64,000 nucleotides of DNA from NCBI GenBank assembly GCA_027036135.1, contig JALVSY010000007.1, positions 196,880 to 260,879 of the forward strand. The letters are read 5' to 3'. Below the pieces are notes generated by a model that was given only the letters and a program-made list of their open reading frames with translations, made no database searches and was not told the origin of the DNA. How positions within the stretch are numbered: the first letter of the stretch is position 1; the number at the start of each line of letters is the position of its first letter. Position numbers and translations under genes: made by a program. The DNA is from Pyrodictiaceae archaeon (lineage in GTDB: Archaea > Thermoproteota > Thermoprotei_A > Sulfolobales > Pyrodictiaceae). Shown here piece by piece: positions 58,206 through 64,000 of this stretch.

Positions 58206-59798
58206 TTGCCCAGAATAGCGCTCGTCACTGGGAGGAGGGCGGCACCGAGGCTAAGAGATCTTGCTGCGCTCCTGCGCGAGGAGACAGGATGGGTAATTGA
58301 TGTAGTAGAGGCTCCGGTTGATATAGCTGCTCTTATTCCACGAGAGGTTCTCCGAGAAGTAATACGTAGTATAGGCAAGGACTACGACTTGGTTATTGTC
58401 CCGGGTACGCTGAGCTACGACGTAGCTGGGTTAGGCAGGGAGCTAGGAGTACCCGTTGTCAAGGGCCCAGAGGACCCCGGCGCCCTCTACCTCTTAACCG
58501 AGTTAGGCGAAGAGGGGCTAAGAGAGCTGCAGCGACTAGGGCGCTTAGAGCCAAGCCTCTTGCTCGACAAGTGGCTTGAGGAGCTTCGGCGCCATCACGA
58601 GGAGGCCGATGGTGTTGAGGTTTGCGGGGTAAGTATCCCGGTTAGGCCTCCCCCGCTAGTTGTTGCTGCCGAGGTCTATGTTGAGCAGGGCGAGGAACAC
58701 GTTGAGGAAGCAGCTAGGAAGGCCCGAGAGCTTAGCAGGAGGGGGGCGGACATAATTGTTGCAGGATTTAGCGCGAGTTGGGACACCGACGAAGCGTATC
58801 GCGCGTTGAAGAGAGTTGCGGAGGAGAGCGAGGCGCCAGTAGCCATTGATACGCCGGACCGCGTGCTCGCCGCGAGAGCTACTGCCGATGGCCCTGTATG
58901 CCTCGTATTCACATTGGGTATCGATGACCCCCTCTTTGATGTTCTCCCCCGAGGCACCGCTGTGGTTGTTGCACCCTTCGGCAAGAACTACTCGTTGCCG
59001 AGCAGCCCTGTGGAGAGAGCAGAGGCCCTAGCAGGGCTCGTCGCCAAGGCCCGTGAGAAAGGATTAGCTCCTATTGCTGACCCAGTCCTAAGCGCACCGG
59101 GCTATGGATTCGCTGAGAGCGTTATAGCGTACTATGAGGCGGCGAGGAGGATTAGGGATGCCCCGCTCCTAGCCGGTATAGCGAATATCTACGAGCTAGT
59201 CGATGCTGATAGTACTGGTCAGGTCGCTGTACTTACTCAGCTCTTCGGCGAGCTGGGGGCTAGCATGCTCCTCGTAACAGAGGAGAGCAGGAAGGCAACG
59301 ATGGCGGTAACAGAGACAGCGATAGCTGCCACCATGACTAGTATCTCCTTGCTGAAGAAGAGGCCACCGAAGGACCTCGGAGTAGACTTGTTGCTGGCCA
59401 AGGAGAAGAGGGCTAAGCCACCACCAAGACTGCCCAAGAAGCCGGACCATGTACTAGGCGCCGAGACCCTGGCAGCCTGGCACGGCTTCCGCCAAGACCT
59501 CCGCGGCAGCCACCTCATAGCAGCAGAGAACAACACTATACGAGACATCTACATGGGCAGGAGAGGAGTAATAGAGCTAAGAGCAAGGAGGGCACAAGAC
59601 ATCTATAAGGCTATTAGCTACCTAGGTCTCGCGAGCGAGCCAAGCCACTACGCGTACCTAGGCTACGAGCTATGCAAGGCAGAGCTAGCAGCAAGGCTTC
59701 ACAGAAGCTATGTACAGGAGGAGGAAGTCGTGGCGCCGCCGTGGACTCGTTGCAAGTTCTACAGCGCAAGGAAAAAGGCCATTGAGAAACTAGGCTAG
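58206..59798 (+). CDS. Archaeal dihydropteroate synthase-like protein
   Basis: LVTGRRA N-domain, GADII, AIDT, IADPVL, NIYELVDADSTG, PKDLGVDLL and HYAYLGYEL.KAE.A....RSYVQ. Confidence 0.88.
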   Translation: MPRIALVTGRRAAPRLRDLAALLREETGWVIDVVEAPVDIAALIPREVLREVIRSIGKDYDLVIVPGTLSYDVAGLGRELGVPVVKGPEDPGALYLLTELGEEGLRELQRLGRLEPSLLLDKWLEELRRHHEEADGVEVCGVSIPVRPPPLVVAAEVYVEQGEEHVEEAARKARELSRRGADIIVAGFSASWDTDEAYRALKRVAEESEAPVAIDTPDRVLAARATADGPVCLVFTLGIDDPLFDVLPRGTAVVVAPFGKNYSLPSSPVERAEALAGLVAKAREKGLAPIADPVLSAPGYGFAESVIAYYEAARRIRDAPLLAGIANIYELVDADSTGQVAVLTQLFGELGASMLLVTEESRKATMAVTETAIAATMTSISLLKKRPPKDLGVDLLLAKEKRAKPPPRLPKKPDHVLGAETLAAWHGFRQDLRGSHLIAAENNTIRDIYMGRRGVIELRARRAQDIYKAISYLGLASEPSHYAYLGYELCKAELAARLHRSYVQEEEVVAPPWTRCKFYSARKKAIEKLG

Positions 59799-59806
59799 GA
59801 GGCTGC

Positions 59807-59959
59807 CTACGCCTCCTTGGACTTGACTACGATGCTTCTGCCTCGCCACTCGTAGCGACCCTCGCGGAGAGCCTCTAGTAGCTCACGAGCCTTCTTATCA
59901 TTCGGGTGCTTCCTTAGGTGCCTCTCAAGCCTACGTATTAGCCTCAGCTTCCTCGACAA
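59807..59959 (-). CDS. 50-aa highly basic protein, absent from the ORF track
   Basis: TTG start after GGGGGTG. Translates as MSRKLRLIRRLERHLRKHPNDKKARELLEALREGRYEWRGRSIVVKSKEA with host-like codons. Confidence 0.7.
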   Translation of the reverse strand: MSRKLRLIRRLERHLRKHPNDKKARELLEALREGRYEWRGRSIVVKSKEA

Positions 59960-60060
59960 GGGAGGACACACCCCCTCTTACCGTACGGTCTCGCCTCTCT
60001 CATCCAAGTGCCCGGTGATAGGGTGAGGCCTCCTCTTAAGCACTAATCCAGGCGTTTTCC

Positions 60061-61287
60061 TCACAGCCTTGCTACTAGGAGGGTGAAGCCCACCAGGCTC
60101 ATAACGCCCAGTATGTCAGCAATGCTTGTGAGCAGTGGTGCTAGCACGTTATCAGGGTCAAGGCCGTAGCGGAAGGAGCCTATTGCGAGGCAATAGGTTA
60201 TGCCACTAACCACGGCACTTAACACTAGGCCTGCTAAAAGAATAGACAAGAAGACCCGGAGAGCCCAGGCCAAGGGAGCTGCAGATAGAACAGCTGTACC
60301 AGCGCCAAGGATCCCGAGAGAGGTGAAAATCATTAAGCTGTGAACCATGTTTACTATGAATTGTTCTAGCACCCAGCTAGAGGGCCTAGAGCAGCTCGGC
60401 TCTATGCTTCCCAGGTGAAGCTTTGTGGCTAGGCGCGAGGAGAACCTGCACGCTATTGCCCCACCATCCTCAAGGAAAGCTGGTACGACGACGAGTATCC
60501 CGGACCAAGCCATGAGCCTCGTCATGTTGTCTAGGAGGAAGGCTCCGGCGAGGCCGCTTAGCAGAGTCGAGGCCATTATTATTGAGAAGTTTTCGCGGAT
60601 TATTCGCGCTGCCCTCCTATACCTGGGCTCCTTCCTCGCTCGGAGCATATATATCCTTATGATTAGCGCGGCTAGGAGGAGGAGAAGCGCCGAGACAATA
60701 ACAAGCTTTGTGGTACTCGGTATGCGTGTTTCGATCTCGTACCCGAGCACTATCGAGGGGATTGTTACCAGGTCGCCGAACAGCGTAGCTATGGGTGCTA
60801 CCATGTTATCTGGGTCGATGCCCTTCTCGAAAGATTTGAGAGCTAGAAGAGTAGTAGCAGGCACCATGAAAGCTGCCGATATAAGCGCAGAGGATAGAGC
60901 GAGAAAAACCACATCGATAACCGGCATACTGTGGCCAAGCAATAGGCCGAGAACCGCGACCAGGATACCTACCCAGGTATTAACACCAATTAGCAATACC
61001 AGGAGTGTCTCAAGCTCTCTCCGGTAATGCTTATCAAATAAGCCGAGGTGCAGCAGCGTCCCAAGCCTGGAGCCATAACTAGAATAGACGTCGCCGCGGG
61101 CATCGCTAGCAGCGGGCAATAGGGCTAGTATTATAGGCGCCTTCTCTATAACTGGGCGAAAGATGTGCAGAAAGATCCCGGATACATAGTCGCCAACGTT
61201 GCAGAGGAACAGGGAGCCTAGGCCCTCTTTTAGATCCTTCGTTGACTCCTTGCTGAGCCTCAGCATGCTATCACTTCGTCTCACCAT
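60061..61287 (-). CDS. MgtE/SLC41-type divalent cation transporter (two MgtE repeats)
   Basis: GSRLGTLLHLG, GIDPDN..AP..T..GD and GLDPDNVLAPLLTSIAD. Confidence 0.9.
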   Translation of the reverse strand: MVRRSDSMLRLSKESTKDLKEGLGSLFLCNVGDYVSGIFLHIFRPVIEKAPIILALLPAASDARGDVYSSYGSRLGTLLHLGLFDKHYRRELETLLVLLIGVNTWVGILVAVLGLLLGHSMPVIDVVFLALSSALISAAFMVPATTLLALKSFEKGIDPDNMVAPIATLFGDLVTIPSIVLGYEIETRIPSTTKLVIVSALLLLLAALIIRIYMLRARKEPRYRRAARIIRENFSIIMASTLLSGLAGAFLLDNMTRLMAWSGILVVVPAFLEDGGAIACRFSSRLATKLHLGSIEPSCSRPSSWVLEQFIVNMVHSLMIFTSLGILGAGTAVLSAAPLAWALRVFLSILLAGLVLSAVVSGITYCLAIGSFRYGLDPDNVLAPLLTSIADILGVMSLVGFTLLVARL

Positions 61288-61400
61288 TTACAAGAGGGCT
61301 CCAGGGAGCCCTGGGCCTTGACTTGTGCCCCTTGCCTATCCCTTACTAGGGCTAGTGTTTTTAAACGCTCTAGCACTATTCCTAGAGGCTTAGTGGAGGA

Positions 61401-62615
61401 ATGACACGGGTTTTGAGTAGCGAGCCGCCCGTCGACAAGGAGCTTGTTGAGAAGCTTCATAGACGCATACATGCTAAGCCCAGGCCTCTCCGCTATCAGC
61501 CAATAACTGTTACTGAGGCGCTCCACCGGCTTAGGAGGAGCATTGAGGCAAGCATACTTCTAGGGCTCTACGGGCTCATAGAGAACGACTTCGAGGCTGC
61601 AATGGGCATTATTGATGTAGAGAAGGAGGTTGATGAAATAGCTTACCAGCTCTTGACGCACATCTCTATAGCTGTTGGGCACCACGTCGAGGATGCTGCG
61701 CACGCCGCACCTCTCTATACGTATGTCCTAGCAGTAGATAAGGTAATGGATGCGCTTAAGGACCTAGCATCGCTAGTCATAAGGGGGCACAAGCTCAGCA
61801 ACAATGTCTCTGAGGAACTAGTAGCGCTGAGCGACGAGCCCGTAGTAAAGATACGGGGGCTTAGGGGCTGGAGCGTTGGCAAGCTCCTCAATGAGTACAG
61901 TGTCGATGTTCTCGCTATCAAGAGGGGGGATTCGTGGATCCTTGACCCCGGCAATGAGGAGCGAATAGAAGAGGATGATACAGTCTATGCCTGGGGGGCC
62001 AAGGACTCAGTAAATGACCTGCTTAGAGACATTGGTAGGGAGCCTCTACCCGAGAAGGAGGATGGTGCTTTAGCCGAGATAGTATCGTCGATAGAGATGC
62101 TCCTAGTCATGAACGAGCTTGCCCACTACCAGCTAAGGGCTCAGGACACTGTTCTAGCCGACGAGATAATGGAGCTCGAGATGTTTATGGATGAGCTAAG
62201 GGTTAGGAACACTAAGACCGTTTTATCTCAGGGCCTAGGCCACGAGGATGCTTTTCTATTAATAAGCCTGGTGACGAGAATAGAGGATATATCTGATGCC
62301 CTGACCTATATAATAGTTATGCCTGCTGAGGAGGAGTACCGGGAGATACTATCAAGTCTCGTAGAAGCAACCGGGGACAAAATATCAATGTATAGAGCAA
62401 GTAATTATATCGGGTTAGCGACTGTTGTAGAGGCACTAGAGGAGATAGGGGCAACGATACTAGCGGTTAGGAAGGGGCGAGAATGGATAGCCGTGACACC
62501 ATATAATGCTGAGAAGCTTAGGCTAGAGCCCGGTGATAGCATCCTTGTGGAGTACGAGAAGCCCTTAGAGAAACGCGTAGCCGAGGCCCTAGAAAAACTA
62601 GGCTTCACCGCGTAG
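61401..62615 (+). CDS. PhoU-like plus TrkA-C (RCK-C) domain protein
   Basis: Repeated E.EVDE/E.FMDE helical bundles; VLAIKRGDSWILDP and ILAVRKG..W RCK-C segments; divergent from mgtE. Confidence 0.75.
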   Translation: MTRVLSSEPPVDKELVEKLHRRIHAKPRPLRYQPITVTEALHRLRRSIEASILLGLYGLIENDFEAAMGIIDVEKEVDEIAYQLLTHISIAVGHHVEDAAHAAPLYTYVLAVDKVMDALKDLASLVIRGHKLSNNVSEELVALSDEPVVKIRGLRGWSVGKLLNEYSVDVLAIKRGDSWILDPGNEERIEEDDTVYAWGAKDSVNDLLRDIGREPLPEKEDGALAEIVSSIEMLLVMNELAHYQLRAQDTVLADEIMELEMFMDELRVRNTKTVLSQGLGHEDAFLLISLVTRIEDISDALTYIIVMPAEEEYREILSSLVEATGDKISMYRASNYIGLATVVEALEEIGATILAVRKGREWIAVTPYNAEKLRLEPGDSILVEYEKPLEKRVAEALEKLGFTA

Positions 62616-63326
62616 CTCTTCGCGTATCTTAACTCCTAGATCAGGATAATCGGTGGCTATGCCGTCAACGCCTCGTCTATGGAGCTCGAGGAACCATTTC
62701 TCCTCATTTACTGTCCATGCTACAACCCGTAGCCCAAGTCGATGAGCATACCTAACTGCTTTCTCCGTGGCAAGCGGGTAACGCGGCAACACTATCTCGC
62801 AGCCCAAGCGCTTGCACTGAGTTATGAGGCCCGGAGGCCGGAAGTAGACTAAGCCTCCGGGTATACCGGGGTAAACATTCTTGGCCATACGTATTGCTTC
62901 CTCATAGAAGCTTATGACTGCCACGTAGTCCTCTGCCTTCTCGCGCAGCACTAGCTCGACGAGACTCTTCGCATCACTCGGCTCCTTGATCTCCAGGAAC
63001 AGAGCTATTCTCCCCCTGGCCTCACCTAGTAACTCCTCTATACGCGGCACACGTTCGCCACCAGGGAGCTCTATAGATGCTATCTCCGAGTAGCTCGCCT
63101 CTCTAATGTTGACTTGTTTTCCGTCACGAGCAGTAATGACGGGGTCGTGGCTCGCAACAAATACTCCGTCACTTGTTCGCTGCACATCGAACTCAGCTAT
63201 ATCGGCCTCAGTCCTTATAGCGTACAGGAGTGCGCTAAGAGTGTTCTCAACTACTCTTCCACGAGCCCCGCGATGACCTATTACCGCAAAGGGTCTCCTA
63301 CCTAAGGCCTCCAGGACCTTGTTCAA
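62598..63326 (-). CDS. Glycerophosphodiester phosphodiesterase
   Basis: IGHRGA, ENTL, EFDVQ.T.DG..V.SHD, LEIK, AWTVN and GIATDYP; start reassigned to TTG 63326. Confidence 0.93.
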   Translation of the reverse strand: MNKVLEALGRRPFAVIGHRGARGRVVENTLSALLYAIRTEADIAEFDVQRTSDGVFVASHDPVITARDGKQVNIREASYSEIASIELPGGERVPRIEELLGEARGRIALFLEIKEPSDAKSLVELVLREKAEDYVAVISFYEEAIRMAKNVYPGIPGGLVYFRPPGLITQCKRLGCEIVLPRYPLATEKAVRYAHRLGLRVVAWTVNEEKWFLELHRRGVDGIATDYPDLGVKIREELRGEA

Positions 63327-63482
63327 GCCCACACCACCATCATTGCTTGAGGGAGGCCTAGCCAGTGGCATCACTATGTAAGAGCCAGGGTCTCCATAGT
63401 ATAAGTGGAGCGCTCTTACTCTAGGGAGCAATCTGGGAGCCTAGGCCTCCCTCCGAGCCATGAAGAGGGTGACACTTGGTAA

Positions 63483-64000
63483 ATGAGGTGCCTAATAGAG
63501 CTGAGGAATGTGTGGGTTAGGATAGCAAGGGAGCAAGTGCTTCGCGGAATAGATCTCTGTGTCGAGAAGGGCGACTACTTGGTGGTTCTCGGACCTAGTG
63601 GCTCTGGTAAAACAACCCTTCTCCGCGTAATAGCCGGGCTTATAGAGCCTGAAAGAGGAGCGATAACCATTAATGGAAAGGACGCGACGCGCGTCCCTCC
63701 ATGGGAGCGCGGCGTTGCTCTCGTACAACAGATACCGGGTCTCCTGCCCCATCTCTCTGTTCTCGATAACATTGTCTTAGCAATCATGTCTAGGCGCCGT
63801 GCTTCGCGTAGAGAGGCTTTCGAGGAGGCTCGTAGGCTTTTAGAACTGTTAAGGATAAGCGATGTTGCTTCCAAGCGGCCCGGGGAGCTAAGCGGTGGCC
63901 AGCTACAGAGAGCGGCTATCGCCGTGGCGCTGGCTATAAGACCCGAGGTGCTCTTGCTCGACGAGCCTTTGAGCCACCTTGATCGACCCTTGGCGGAGCA
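63483..64000 (+). CDS. ABC importer ATP-binding subunit (PotA/FbpC/ThiQ type), runs off the window
   Basis: Manual translation gives GPSGSGKTT, VPPWERGV, LSGGQLQR and LLLDEPLSHLD. Confidence 0.92.
   Translation, partial: MRCLIELRNVWVRIAREQVLRGIDLCVEKGDYLVVLGPSGSGKTTLLRVIAGLIEPERGAITINGKDATRVPPWERGVALVQQIPGLLPHLSVLDNIVLAIMSRRRASRREAFEEARRLLELLRISDVASKRPGELSGGQLQRAAIAVALAIRPEVLLLDEPLSHLDRPLAE

Noticed and set aside
1-64000. CRISPR array, cas genes, IS elements or integrase
   Set aside because: I saw no regularly spaced 24-40 bp repeats and no transposase, recombinase or Cas motifs in any ORF.

Overview
This window looks like chromosomal DNA from a hyperthermophilic crenarchaeon. Desulfurococcales, probably Pyrodictiaceae, is my inference from cdvABC, PaREP1 genes, the thiDN fusion, frequent TTG/GTG starts and CTA/ATA/AGG-rich codons. 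It contains: thiamine genes (thiC, thiDN, a frameshifted thiP-like permease); the ESCRT division genes cdvA, cdvB and cdvC in ancestral order but separated by about 2 kb and 8 kb; three ABC-2 exporters; an acetate module (acs plus satP, with a divergent Pat-like GNAT, an amidohydrolase and a V4R-like protein); ferritin; an AT-rich island of PaREP1, vapBC and an orphan PD-(D/E)XK nuclease at the 3' end of tRNA-Gly(CCC); and a Tat-exported nitrate reductase operon. About ten toxin-antitoxin-type loci are present, several with broken toxins. Several features are not visible in the ORF track: two probable CTG starts, a 2-hydroxyacid dehydrogenase pseudogene with an inverted internal segment, a 50-aa basic ORF, several operator-like palindromes and an 11-bp-phased triple repeat. 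I found no CRISPR array, integrase or transposase. All family calls come from recognising motifs by eye; no searches were run.
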